Assembly (NCBI GenBank): GCA_965197645.1
Contig: OZ240219.1
Span: 1,152,001-1,216,000 of the forward strand
Length of the DNA stretch: 64,000 bases
Direction of reading: 5' to 3'
Origin: Dehalococcoidia bacterium
GTDB lineage: Bacteria; Chloroflexota; Dehalococcoidia; Plut-88900
Part shown: piece after piece, positions 8,797-18,613 of the stretch
How the letters are laid out: each line of letters begins with the position of its first letter
Position numbering within the stretch: the first letter of the stretch is position 1
Notes under the pieces: model-generated
What the model saw: the letters and a program-made list of their open reading frames with translations, nothing else
What the model was told of the DNA's origin: nothing
Databases searched by the model: none
Program-made: the position numbers and the translations under genes

Positions 8797-9798
8797 ATGG
8801 GAGGATACGCAGAGCTCGAACAGCGACTGGCTGACGGCGAAGTGCTGGTTCTGGACGGGGCCATCGGCACCGAGATTACCAGGCTGGGCGCCCCGGCTCA
8901 TCCCATAGCCTGGACCGCCGAGGCCCTGTTCACCCATCCTCACACCGTGCGCCACATGCACGAGCGCTACATCAAGGCCGGGGCCGACATCATTATGACC
9001 AACACCTTCGGCAGCCACCGGGACGTGCTGGAGGCCTCCGGCTACGGCACCCAGGTTCGGGAGGCCAATATCCGAGCCGTCTACCTGGCCCAGGAGGCCG
9101 TTGCCAGGGCCGCAGGCGGCAGGTCCGTCTACATAGCGGGTTCCATCAGCGACCGGCACGTGGGGCGAGAGGTACACACGGGCGCTCTCCGAGCCATGAG
9201 CGGCGACGGATATCATCTGGACCCAATCCTCAAAGAGGCCTACTACGACGAGATGGTCGACCACCTTGCCGAGATGGGCGTGGACTTCTTCCTGCTGGAG
9301 AACCTGTCCGATCATCCGGCGAGGAAGATGTGTCTGGACGCCGCTAAGCGCTCGGGCCTGCCGGTCTGGTCCAGCATCAGCCAGGTATACGAAGAGGATG
9401 ACAAGCTTCTGGTCAGCGATCGGGAGAGAGACGATCTTACCTTGGACGAGAGCCTGGAAGACATGATGTCCTGGGGCGGCCAGGCGGCGATGACCATCAT
9501 GCACGCCGAGATCCCCGAGACCACTCTTGGTCTGGAGGTGCTCAGCGAGAAATGGGACGGGCCCATGGCGGCCTACCCGGACTCGTTGCGGCCGGACTGG
9601 CTGACCACCTGGCAGGACCTGTCCATCCAGAACGCGGAATCGCCCCAGGACTTCGTGGCCGAGGCGAAGAAGTGGGTCGAGATGGGGGTCCAGGTGATCG
9701 GGACATGCTGTGGGTTCGGTGTAGAGTACATCGAGCCGCTGAAGGAAGGGTTGCCCAGCCACATCCCGACGCCGCGCAACGTGAAGAAGGCGGCCTGA
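8797..9798 (+). CDS. Homocysteine S-methyltransferase family protein
   Basis: LVLDGAIGTEI, YIKAGADIIMTNTF, C-terminal IGTCCG. Confidence 0.85.
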   Translation: MGGYAELEQRLADGEVLVLDGAIGTEITRLGAPAHPIAWTAEALFTHPHTVRHMHERYIKAGADIIMTNTFGSHRDVLEASGYGTQVREANIRAVYLAQEAVARAAGGRSVYIAGSISDRHVGREVHTGALRAMSGDGYHLDPILKEAYYDEMVDHLAEMGVDFFLLENLSDHPARKMCLDAAKRSGLPVWSSISQVYEEDDKLLVSDRERDDLTLDESLEDMMSWGGQAAMTIMHAEIPETTLGLEVLSEKWDGPMAAYPDSLRPDWLTTWQDLSIQNAESPQDFVAEAKKWVEMGVQVIGTCCGFGVEYIEPLKEGLPSHIPTPRNVKKAA

Positions 9799-9914
9799 AC
9801 CCCCTCCGGGCTGGAAATCGAGGGATACTTCACCGGCTCGTTGCAAAACCGGCGTGGGGTGGGGCTCCCATTCATCAGCCCAACCCTCTTGAAACGTGGT
9901 CCTAACCACCCTGG

Positions 9915-10041
9915 CTAGATTGCCACGCCCCGACATTGTCGGGGCTCGCAATGACGAAGGTATGGATTCAATCTGACGGTAGTCGTCGTTGCGAGCGAGG
10001 GGGAGTTGGTCTTGGTGGGTTGAAGAGAGCGAAGCAATCCA
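9915..10041. repeat. Intergenic palindromic repeat, family C (GTCATTGCGAG...GCAATC type)
   Basis: Inverted homologous copy at 58258-58385. Confidence 0.7.
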
Positions 10042-10189
10042 GCCCGCTTCGCTCCTCTGCGCACCTCGTGTTTCATCGGGCTGCTAACACTCGACCCCGA
10101 ACCCGTTGTCTCCTTGATATAGGCCGGCACTATCTTCTACCTGCCAAGAGTGCGGGATGTCGCGCTCTCTTCTCTCATGTTATGGGTGC

Positions 10190-10260
10190 AGGGTCTCGCC
10201 CTGCCAGAGGCAGGGGGTTTAGGGGATGTCCCCCGGATACACCACGTCCCAGGGCGGATA
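10190..10260 (+). repeat. Intergenic repeat, family B (degenerate)
   Basis: GGCAGGGGGTTTAGGGGATGTCCCCCGG core. Confidence 0.45.
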
Positions 10261-10323
10261 GTCTCGAAGGACAGCTGCCAGGCCTACCGGGAGACCCGCC
10301 CGCGCTGATATACTGGTGCAGCC

Positions 10324-11139
10324 ATGACATCCACCAAGTACACCGACGTGAACCGTACCAACTGGGACGAACGGGTCCCAGTCCACGTGGCATCCGAGAT
10401 GTATGCCGTGGAGGGGTTCATGGCCGGCGGCAATCCCCTGCCCGCCGTGCAGATGGACGAGCTAGGCGACGTGCGAGGCAGGACGATGGTGCACCTCCAG
10501 TGCCACATCGGTCTCGATACACTGTCCTGGACCAGGTTGGGCGCCGAAGTGACGGGTATCGATTTCTCACCGCAGGCCATAGAGGCGGCGCGGAGAATAA
10601 GCGAGGAGTCGGGGGTGGCGGGCCGCTTCATCGAAGGGGACGTGTACCAGACGCACCTTCTGCTGGAGCGACAGTTCGACATCGTTTACACGGGGGTGGG
10701 AGCGCTGTGCTGGCTGCCCGATGTCAAAAGGTGGGCGGAGGTGGTGGGCCGGCTTCTAAACCCCGGCGGGACGTTCTATATCCACGAGTTTCATCCGGTC
10801 CTCTGGGCTCTCGACGCCGACCGCACGGACGGAGTCCTCGCCATGACCGAGCCTTACTTCGAGACCGCCGAACCCAACAGGTGGGAAGGGATTGGCACCT
10901 ATGCCGACGAGAACGCCACCTTCGAGAGCACGGTGACCTACGAATGGAATCACGGCATGGGCGAGATCATCACCTCGCTGATTCAAGCCGGTCTCCGCAT
11001 AGAGTTTCTACACGAGCAGCCGACGTGCGTCATCTCGGTGTTGCCGGGCATGATCGAGACCGAGGAAGGCTGGGTCCTGCCGGGAAAGACCATGCAAGCA
11101 CCAATGATGTATTCGATCAGGGCGGTAAAGACGGGTTGA
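10324..11139 (+). CDS. Class I SAM-dependent methyltransferase
   Basis: VHLQCHIGLDTLSW variant motif I, TGIDFS, FDIVYT. Confidence 0.85.
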   Translation: MTSTKYTDVNRTNWDERVPVHVASEMYAVEGFMAGGNPLPAVQMDELGDVRGRTMVHLQCHIGLDTLSWTRLGAEVTGIDFSPQAIEAARRISEESGVAGRFIEGDVYQTHLLLERQFDIVYTGVGALCWLPDVKRWAEVVGRLLNPGGTFYIHEFHPVLWALDADRTDGVLAMTEPYFETAEPNRWEGIGTYADENATFESTVTYEWNHGMGEIITSLIQAGLRIEFLHEQPTCVISVLPGMIETEEGWVLPGKTMQAPMMYSIRAVKTG

Positions 11140-11156
11140 CCAAGCCCTAGTCCAGG

Positions 11157-12377
11157 ATGGTGAACATGAGCGTGTTGATCAAGGACTGCAATATCATAGA
11201 TGCCACTTCGCCGGACGTGCGGCGGGGCCGGCACGTACTGATCGAAGACGGAACGATCACAAAGGTCGGGGCCGGCGCCGGCCCATCGGCCGATACCGTG
11301 ATCGACGCCGGAGGGGCCTGCCTGTTGCCCGGGCTGTGGGACGTCCACACCCACCTGACCAAAGGCGCCTGGGGACAGGAGTATGAGGAGGAGGTAGCCG
11401 AGGGGCCGCCCAAGCTGGTCGCCAACAACGGCCGCAATGCTATGGAGGCGTTGAAGGCCGGCGTTACCTCTATGCGGGTTGTCGGCATAGCCGATTGGGC
11501 GGATATAGCCTGGCGGGATGCCTTCAACTCGGGGCAGTTGGTCGGGCCGCGGTTGTTTTGCTGTGGACACAGCCTGGACACTCCCGCCGGCCACGGCGGC
11601 GGATCCGGGATGGCGGCGACAGTCAACGGCCCCCTGGCGATAACCAATGCGGTCCGCAACGAGATAATGCACGGCGTAGACCAGATAAAGCTCATTACCA
11701 CCGGCGGGATCATGGGTACCGGCCACGATGTTATGCATCACGTGATGTGGACGAGGGAAGAGGTCGAGGCGGCTATCGGCATCGCCCGAATGAGGGGAGT
11801 GGCGGTGGCCACCCACGCCACCGCTCCCCAGGCCGTCAAGTGGGCCGTCCAGGCGGGGACCCACTCCCTGGAGCACGGGTACATCCTGGACGAGGAAGCG
11901 GCGCAGATGATAGTGGACAACGGTGTTTACTACGTGCCCACCCTGGCCCTAAGCCATCTGACCGAAGAACAGGCGGAAAGCCCCGCTCATCGCTCCTACT
12001 GCCAGGCCCATAAGCTTCCCGAAGAGTTCGCCGAGAGGGCCGATCAGTTCGCCCCGACTCACGAGAAATCGTTCCGCATGGCCCTGGAGGCCGGCGCCAA
12101 GATAGCCTCCGGGTCCGACGAAGGGCCGCCCAGGGAGGCCGCTCTCCTGGAGATAGAGTTCCTGTCCCGCGGTGGCCTCGGCCCTCACGGCGCCATAGTG
12201 GCTGCAACCCAGACCGCGGCCGAGGTCTGCGAGGTGGGAGACAGGATCGGCACTATCGAAGAAGGCAAGCTGGCTGATATGATACTTGTCGAAGACAATC
12301 CCCTGGACGATATCCAGAATCTGCATAAGCTGCTGCTGGTGTTGAAGGGCGGCGCGGTGGTGACGGACAACAGATAG
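11157..12377 (+). CDS. Metal-dependent amidohydrolase (prolidase/imidazolonepropionase-like)
   Basis: LLPGLWDVHTHL, GVDQIK, ATHA, SLEHG, GKLADMI; start may be the ATG at 11166. Confidence 0.88.
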   Translation: MVNMSVLIKDCNIIDATSPDVRRGRHVLIEDGTITKVGAGAGPSADTVIDAGGACLLPGLWDVHTHLTKGAWGQEYEEEVAEGPPKLVANNGRNAMEALKAGVTSMRVVGIADWADIAWRDAFNSGQLVGPRLFCCGHSLDTPAGHGGGSGMAATVNGPLAITNAVRNEIMHGVDQIKLITTGGIMGTGHDVMHHVMWTREEVEAAIGIARMRGVAVATHATAPQAVKWAVQAGTHSLEHGYILDEEAAQMIVDNGVYYVPTLALSHLTEEQAESPAHRSYCQAHKLPEEFAERADQFAPTHEKSFRMALEAGAKIASGSDEGPPREAALLEIEFLSRGGLGPHGAIVAATQTAAEVCEVGDRIGTIEEGKLADMILVEDNPLDDIQNLHKLLLVLKGGAVVTDNR

Positions 12378-12392
12378 TAGACGGGAATCGCT

Positions 12393-13601
12393 ATGAGCAT
12401 TTTGATCAAAGACTGCAACATCATCGATGCCGCTTCCCCCGAGGTGCGAACGGACCAGTACGTGCTGGTGGAGGACGGTACCATCACCGAGGTGGGCAGC
12501 GGGCCGGCGCCCTCCGCCGATACCACTATCGATCTGGGTGGTACCTACCTGCTACCCGGTCTCTGGGACGTTCACACCCACCTGAACAAGGGCACCTGGG
12601 GCCCGGAAGTAGAGGAGGAGGCCGAAGGACCGGCCAAGTCCGTCGCCAACGAAGGACGGCACGCCATGGACGCACTGCAGTCCGGGGTCACGTCCCTGAG
12701 AGTCGTCGGCATTGCAGACTGGGCCGACGTAGCCTGGCGGGAAGCGTTCAAATCGGGGCAGTTCATGGGCCCCCGCCTGTTTTGCTGCGGCCACGGACTG
12801 AACACCCCGGCGGGCCACATGGCCGATCTGGAAAGCGGAGGCATCGCCAACGGGCCCGGGGCGTTCGTCAAAGCGGTACGCAACGAGATCATGCACGGCG
12901 TCGATCAGATCAAGCTGGTCACCACCGGAGGCATCATGGGCACGGGGCACGACGTGATGCACCACATCATGTTCACCCGCCAAGAGGTGGAAGCCGCTAT
13001 ATGGATCGCCACGATGAGGGGTGTGCCCGTCGCCACCCACGCCACCGCTCCCCTGGCCGTGAAGTGGGCGGTCCAGGCAGGTACCAACTCGCTGGAGCAC
13101 GGTTACATCCTGGACGAGGAAGCAGTGCACATGATGGCTGATAGAGGGGTGTACTACGTGCCCACACTGGCCCTCAGCCACCTCACCCCTCAGCAGGCTT
13201 CCACTCCGGATCAGACCTCCTACTGCCAGGAGCACCACCTACCCGAGGAGTTCGCCGAGAGGGCCGACCAGTTTGCCCCTGTCCACGAAGAGTCGTTCCG
13301 CATGGCGTTGGAAGCGGGGGTGAAGGTCGCCTGTGGCTCCGACCAGGGCCCGCCCAGGGAGGCTGCTCTTCTGGAGATCGAGTACCTGTCCAGCTGTGGG
13401 CTGGGACCCTATGGCGCCATCGTCGCAGCGACGCAGAACTCGGCCGAGGTCTGCAAGGTGGGCGACAAGCTGGGGACCATCGAACAGGGCAAGCTCGCCG
13501 ACTTGATCGCCGTAGAGACCAATCCCCTGGAGAACATCCACAACCTGCGCCGGCAACTCTTGGTCATGAAGAACGGCGATGTGGCCGTAGACCGGCTCTA
13601 G
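12393..13601 (+). CDS. Metal-dependent amidohydrolase, tandem paralog
   Basis: Same motifs and highly similar to the upstream gene. Confidence 0.88.
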   Translation: MSILIKDCNIIDAASPEVRTDQYVLVEDGTITEVGSGPAPSADTTIDLGGTYLLPGLWDVHTHLNKGTWGPEVEEEAEGPAKSVANEGRHAMDALQSGVTSLRVVGIADWADVAWREAFKSGQFMGPRLFCCGHGLNTPAGHMADLESGGIANGPGAFVKAVRNEIMHGVDQIKLVTTGGIMGTGHDVMHHIMFTRQEVEAAIWIATMRGVPVATHATAPLAVKWAVQAGTNSLEHGYILDEEAVHMMADRGVYYVPTLALSHLTPQQASTPDQTSYCQEHHLPEEFAERADQFAPVHEESFRMALEAGVKVACGSDQGPPREAALLEIEYLSSCGLGPYGAIVAATQNSAEVCKVGDKLGTIEQGKLADLIAVETNPLENIHNLRRQLLVMKNGDVAVDRL

Positions 13602-13614
13602 CTCCTCTCTTCGG

Positions 13615-13727
13615 CGACCATCCCCCTATTCCCCTTCCTAGCCAGGAAGGGGGGAAGAAAAAGAGACAAGTTCTGAGGGACGCCCTCAGACTCCCGGCAA
13701 AGGGACTTCGCCCCTCTGCACACCCCC
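13615..13727 (-). repeat. Intergenic palindromic repeat, family A
   Basis: Reverse complement of GGGGTGTGCAGAGGGGCGAAG..GGGAGTCTGAGGG..CCCTCAGA..CCTGGCTAGGAAGGGG..GGGGGATGGTCG; other copies at 45779, 51301, 53256, 58461. Confidence 0.75.
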
Positions 13728-13786
13728 ACGCTTAACCGACTCACTAGCGGTAGTATGTGGGGGTGGGGAGTTGACGGATGCAACCC

Positions 13787-13870
13787 GGGGAGTCCGGAGG
13801 GCCTCCCACTAACGGGGGGTTTGGGGGACGTGCCCCCAGATCGAAAATGTCTCAGGGCGGGTGGGAGGGC
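13787..13870 (+). repeat. Intergenic repeat, family B
   Basis: GGGAGTCCGGAGGG..GGGGGGTTTGGGGGACGTGCCCCCAG. Confidence 0.55.
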
Positions 13871-13896
13871 AAACCAACCTGGGACCAGGCTGACTA

Positions 13897-16281
13897 TCAG
13901 CTACCCCTGAGCTCCGCTCCCAACTCCTTGCTGAGCCGCTGCAGCAGCTGCGCCTGCACCACGTTCACCTCGTCCTCGGTCAGGGTGCGGTTTGGCGACT
14001 GGTACATCAGATTGTAGGCCAGCGATTTCTTGCCTGCCGGCACCTGATCGCCCGTGTAGATATCGAACAGCCTGACCGAGGTAACTATGGGGAACGACTT
14101 GAGGAGGTCCTCGACGGCCCGGGCCTGAGTGTCCAGGTCCACTATTAGAGCAACGTCCCTCATTACGCCCGGGAACCGGGACACCGGCCTGTAGCTCTTT
14201 GTAGTGGGCACGTGGCGCAGAAGCGTTTCCAGGTCAAGCTCGAAGACGTGGACAGATGGGGCCTCCAGGTCGAAGGCCTCGGCGACACTGGGGTGGACCT
14301 CGCCAAGCACGCCCAACCGATCGTTCTGGACGTAGAGGGAAGCCACCCTGCCGGGATGAAGGCCTGGCTCCGAAGCCTCCTCGAACCTGGCTTCCACACC
14401 CAGCTCGTTCAGGAGCGTTTCCAGCACGCCCTTCGCCTCGAGGAATCCCTCCGCTAGTGGGCTCTCACCTGCGGTGAAAATGGCCGCCAGCACCTGTTTC
14501 TCGGCGGGCAGATCGGCTTCTTGGGCAGGGTAGACCCTGCCGATCTCGAATAGGCGAAGACCTTCAACCTGGTGCTTTTCGTTGAGAGCTGCATTGGCGA
14601 GCAGGCCGGGCCGGAGGCTGAGGCGCAGGTACTCCTGGTCCGAATGCATGGGGTTGGCTACCTTCAGCGGCCGGGGCGAATCGGGCACCTCTATACCGGC
14701 GGCTTTCATCCGGGAAAGCCCGATCAGCGAGTAGTTGATCACCTCCTGCATCCGGCAGCTGGCGAGGACGTCCCGGATGTATTGCCCCATATCTCGAAGG
14801 GGGTCGGATTCCCGGTGAGGGATATCGCCGCTTAGCGAAGTAACGGGAATCCGGTCGTAGCCGATGGTCCGGACCACCTCCTCAACCAGGTCATCCTCGA
14901 TGGCAATGTCCGAGCGCCAGAAGGGAGGTTCGACGGAGATATCGTAGCCTCCGCCATCGGTACACTCGAATCCCAGTGACTCCAGGATTTTGATTATCCT
15001 CTCCTTTTCTACCGATATTCCCAGAACCTGCTCGACGCGGGCGGCGGTCACGGTAACCGGTTCTTGCTTCACCTTGCCCGGGTATACGTCGATCACCCCT
15101 TGAGCAACGGTCCCACCTCCCAGCTCTACCAGGAGTTGAGTGGCCCTGCGAAGGCCCTGGATGGGCAACTCGCGGCTCAGGCCCTTGTCGAAGCGGATGG
15201 AGGCTTCGCTGCGCAGCTTCAGCCTATCGGAGGTGCGGCGAATGTTGACGTTGTTGAAGTTCGCTGACTCCAGAAGCACCGCCGTGGTGTCTTCGGATAC
15301 CTCCGTGTTGGCGCCTCCCATCACCCCCGCCAGCCCCACGGGGCCCTGGGGATCGGTGATGGCCAGCATTTCCGGGTCCAGGGTACGATCTTCGCCGTCC
15401 AGCGATACCAAGTGCTCGCCCGGCCGCGCCCTTCGCACGATTATCTTCTTCTCTCTCAGCCTGTCATAATCGAATGAGTGAAGCGGCTGGCCGAACTCCA
15501 GCATCACGTAGTTGGTCACGTCGACGATGTTGTTGATGGGCCTCATTCCGGCAGCGATGAGCCTCTCCTGCATCCACTGAGGCGATGGGGCGACGGTCAT
15601 GCCGGTGATCAGGCTGGCCGTGTAACGGGGGCAGAGGTCTGGGTCGGCTACCTCGATGGTCATCAGCTCATCGATGGGAGGGCCCTGCTCCGGGTACCTA
15701 ACCTTCGGCAGTGAGACCCGGTTCTCGGTCAAGGCGCCCACCTCCCAGGCGATGCCCAGCATAGACTGGCAGTCGGGCCGGTTGGGGGTGAGCTCTAGGT
15801 CAAATATCTGATCACCCATGAAATCGGACAGGGGAACGCCGAGGGGCGCCTCCTCGGGAAGGACCAGGATGCCCTCATGCTCATCGGACAGCCCCAGCTC
15901 CTTCTCCGAGCAGACCATCCCCGCCGAGACCACGCCCCGTATCTTGGCCGCCTTTAGCTTGGCCGGCTTGCCGGTATGTCCGTCGATCAGCTCGGCGCCG
16001 ACTTTGGCGAAGGCGATCTTCTGGTCCGCGGCGACGTTGGGTGCGCCGCAGACGACGGTATGCTCCTCGTCGGGAAGCTGGACGGTGGCGAGGACGAGCC
16101 TATCGGCGTTGGGGTGTTTGTCCACCCTGGTCACCAGCCCGACGAACACGTCGTTCCAGCTTCCACCCACCGTGGTGATCTCGGCTACTTCAGTGCCTGC
16201 CTGGGTCAGCTTGCCCGCCAACTCCTCCGCCGGAAGGGTGATGGGGACGTATTCGCTGAGCCATTTCAAGGATACTTTCAT
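13897..16281 (-). CDS. pheT: Phenylalanine--tRNA ligase beta subunit
   Basis: MKVSLKWLSEYV, HPNADRL, tRNA-binding OB domain, LTPNRPDC, FDX-ACB C-terminus. Confidence 0.97.
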   Translation of the reverse strand: MKVSLKWLSEYVPITLPAEELAGKLTQAGTEVAEITTVGGSWNDVFVGLVTRVDKHPNADRLVLATVQLPDEEHTVVCGAPNVAADQKIAFAKVGAELIDGHTGKPAKLKAAKIRGVVSAGMVCSEKELGLSDEHEGILVLPEEAPLGVPLSDFMGDQIFDLELTPNRPDCQSMLGIAWEVGALTENRVSLPKVRYPEQGPPIDELMTIEVADPDLCPRYTASLITGMTVAPSPQWMQERLIAAGMRPINNIVDVTNYVMLEFGQPLHSFDYDRLREKKIIVRRARPGEHLVSLDGEDRTLDPEMLAITDPQGPVGLAGVMGGANTEVSEDTTAVLLESANFNNVNIRRTSDRLKLRSEASIRFDKGLSRELPIQGLRRATQLLVELGGGTVAQGVIDVYPGKVKQEPVTVTAARVEQVLGISVEKERIIKILESLGFECTDGGGYDISVEPPFWRSDIAIEDDLVEEVVRTIGYDRIPVTSLSGDIPHRESDPLRDMGQYIRDVLASCRMQEVINYSLIGLSRMKAAGIEVPDSPRPLKVANPMHSDQEYLRLSLRPGLLANAALNEKHQVEGLRLFEIGRVYPAQEADLPAEKQVLAAIFTAGESPLAEGFLEAKGVLETLLNELGVEARFEEASEPGLHPGRVASLYVQNDRLGVLGEVHPSVAEAFDLEAPSVHVFELDLETLLRHVPTTKSYRPVSRFPGVMRDVALIVDLDTQARAVEDLLKSFPIVTSVRLFDIYTGDQVPAGKKSLAYNLMYQSPNRTLTEDEVNVVQAQLLQRLSKELGAELRGS

Positions 16282-16285
16282 GGGT

Positions 16286-17323
16286 CTAGAACTGCTTTAG
16301 AAACCGTACATCGTTGGCGTAGAAAAGCCGGACGTCGTCGATGCCGTACTTCAGCATGGCGATCCGCTCCAGGCCTATGCCGAAGGCGAAACCGGTGTAT
16401 ATGCTCGGGTCGTAGTCGACCCGCTCCAGCACCTTGGGGTGGACCATGCCCGCGCCCATGATCTCCAGCCAGCCGGACTGGCCGCAGACCCGACAGCCCC
16501 TACCGTTGCAGGAGATGCAATCGATGGCCATCTCCGCCCCCGGCTCCACGAAGGGGAAATAGTCGCAGCGAAACCGCACCTTTCGATTGGCGCCGAACAC
16601 CTGGCGGACGAACTCGTACAGGGTGCCCTTCATATCGGCGAGTGTGATGTTTCTGTCGACGGCGAGCCCCTCGCATTGGAAGAAAGCACTTTCGTGGCTG
16701 GCGTCGGTGGCCTCGTACCGGTAGACACGGCCCGGCACCACCACCCGGACAGGCGGGCGGGTATTCTCCATGACCCGGATCTGCATGGGGGAGGTGTGGG
16801 TGCGCATCAGCATCGGCCGCTGGCCCTCGGCATTGACGTAATCAATCCAAAAGGTATCGAACATATCTCGAGCCGGATGGCCCCGAGGTATGTTCAAGGC
16901 CTCGAAGTTATAGTAGTCCCACTCCACCTCGGGCCCCTCGACCACTTGGAAGCCCATGTTGGAGAAGGCCTGGCACACCTCTCGCATTATCTGGGTGGTG
17001 GGATGGAGACGCCCGATGGGCACCCGATGGCCGGGCAGGGTAACGTCTATGGACTCGCCCAGCTGAGCGTCGAGTGCTTTTCGCTTGAAGTCCTCTTCCC
17101 TCTGCTCCAGGGCCGACTCCAGCTCAGCCTTGACGCGGTTGGCCGCACCGCCGATGGACCGACGTTCTTCCGGGGCCAGCTTCCCCAGCGTTCGCAGCAC
17201 CTGGGTAAGGGCGCCCTTCCTGCCCAGGTAGGAGATGCGCCACTGCTCCAGCTGGTCCGTGCCCGAGGCCGATTCCAGCTCTCGCAGGGCCTTGTCTTTT
17301 ATCTCCTGGACTTGATCGATCAT
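16286..17323 (-). CDS. pheS: Phenylalanine--tRNA ligase alpha subunit
   Basis: HPARDMFDTF, RTHTSPMQIR, YFPFVEP, GFAFGIGLERIAM; start trimmed to the ATG at 17323 (or GTG at 17326). Confidence 0.97.
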   Translation of the reverse strand: MIDQVQEIKDKALRELESASGTDQLEQWRISYLGRKGALTQVLRTLGKLAPEERRSIGGAANRVKAELESALEQREEDFKRKALDAQLGESIDVTLPGHRVPIGRLHPTTQIMREVCQAFSNMGFQVVEGPEVEWDYYNFEALNIPRGHPARDMFDTFWIDYVNAEGQRPMLMRTHTSPMQIRVMENTRPPVRVVVPGRVYRYEATDASHESAFFQCEGLAVDRNITLADMKGTLYEFVRQVFGANRKVRFRCDYFPFVEPGAEMAIDCISCNGRGCRVCGQSGWLEIMGAGMVHPKVLERVDYDPSIYTGFAFGIGLERIAMLKYGIDDVRLFYANDVRFLKQF

Positions 17324-17399
17324 CACCGCTCCCGTTAAATATAGAAAAGCGAGAGGAGGTCTCCTCTCGCCTTGCCGCCTCGGTATGTTCAAGCTGGCG

Positions 17400-17756
17400 T
17401 CAGGCAGACGCCTCCTTGGCGGCGGCTATGACCTGACTAAACCCCGCGGGGTCCCGCAAGGCCATATCGGCCATCGTCTTACGGTCCAGCTGAATGCCCT
17501 TCTGCTTCAACGCGTGGATGAACTTGCTGTAGGAGAGCCCCTCGCGCCGGACAGCGGCGTTGATCCGAGCGATCCACAACTTGCGGAAGTCCCGCTTGCG
17601 CTCCTTGCGATGACGATAGGCGTAGCTCAGGGACTTGAGCATAGCCTCATGGGCCCTTTTGTACAGGGTGCTCTTGGTGCCCCGGTAGCCCTTGGCCAGC
17701 TTTATTACTTTTTTGTGTCGGTGGCGGGTTGTCGTGCCGCCCTTTACTCTGGGCAA
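17400..17756 (-). CDS. rplT: 50S ribosomal protein L20
   Basis: MPRVKGG...AKGYRG...[12 protein letters not shown]. Confidence 0.97.
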   Translation of the reverse strand: MPRVKGGTTTRHRHKKVIKLAKGYRGTKSTLYKRAHEAMLKSLSYAYRHRKERKRDFRKLWIARINAAVRREGLSYSKFIHALKQKGIQLDRKTMADMALRDPAGFSQVIAAAKEASA

Positions 17757-17776
17757 GTTACTCTCCGGGCGCTCAA

Positions 17777-17980
17777 CTACGGGAGTCCGTAGGGGAGGGT
17801 CTTTTGTATCTTACGCCGGTCCGAGGGTGAGATGGGGTGCATCTCGTCGAACATCCTCCGGACCCGCTTGGGCTTCTTGGTCTTGTTGTGGCTCTTGCCG
17901 CCCTTGGCGCGCATGATTTTTCCGGAGCCGGTGATGTGAAATCTCCGCTTAGCCCCTTTATGTGTTTTCAGCTTTGGCAT
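17777..17980 (-). CDS. rpmI: 50S ribosomal protein L35
   Basis: [21 protein letters not shown]. Confidence 0.96.
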   Translation of the reverse strand: MPKLKTHKGAKRRFHITGSGKIMRAKGGKSHNKTKKPKRVRRMFDEMHPISPSDRRKIQKTLPYGLP

Positions 17981-18533
17981 CTACTCTTTCCTTCGAGTCT
18001 TCCTCTGCCGTCGATGCCGTCTTCTTGCTCGGCACCAGTACCATGCTCATGGTACGTCTTTCTACGGTGGGCGCTACCTCCACCCGCGCTTCGTCCGTCA
18101 GGGCCCTAGCCACCTTGCCCAAGAGCTGGTTGCCGATCTCCGGGTGGGACATCTCCCGGCCTCTGAACAACACGGAGACCTTCACCTTGTCTCCTCCGAC
18201 CAGGAACTCGACGATCTTCTTGGTCTTTCGCAACATATCGTGCTCGCCGATACGGGTCCTCATACGGACCTCTCTCAACGCGGAGGACTTCTGCGATTTC
18301 CGGGCTAGGCGGTCCTTTTTTGCTTGTTCGTACTTGAACTTGCCGTAGTCCATCAACCGGCAGACCGGCGGGTCTGCGTTGGGCGCAACCTCGACCAAGT
18401 CTACCTCGTTCTCACGAGCCGTGTTGATGGCTGAGGGTAGCGTCATGATACCGAGCTGGTCACCATTCACGCCTATGACCAGCACCTCCCTGGCCCGTAT
18501 TCGCTCGTTAGTACGATAGGCCTTGCCGGCTAT
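17958..18533 (-). CDS. infC: Translation initiation factor IF-3 (ATA start)
   Basis: [29 protein letters not shown]; SD AGGAGGT + 7 nt + in-frame ATA giving the N-terminus (M)[16 protein letters not shown]. Confidence 0.93.
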   Translation of the reverse strand: MAGKAYRTNERIRAREVLVIGVNGDQLGIMTLPSAINTARENEVDLVEVAPNADPPVCRLMDYGKFKYEQAKKDRLARKSQKSSALREVRMRTRIGEHDMLRKTKKIVEFLVGGDKVKVSVLFRGREMSHPEIGNQLLGKVARALTDEARVEVAPTVERRTMSMVLVPSKKTASTAEEDSKERVDAKAENT

Positions 18534-18580
18534 ACTAGCTACCTCCTGAATGCAAATTCAATGGTGGTTGAAGCGGCGGG

Positions 18581-18609
18581 AATATAGCACAAGTTTCCAT
18601 AATCGTCAA
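18581..18609 (-). promoter_or_regulatory. sigma70 promoter for infC-rpmI-rplT
   Basis: TTGACG-N17-TATATT with an extended TG. Confidence 0.65.
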
Positions 18610-18613
18610 TGTT

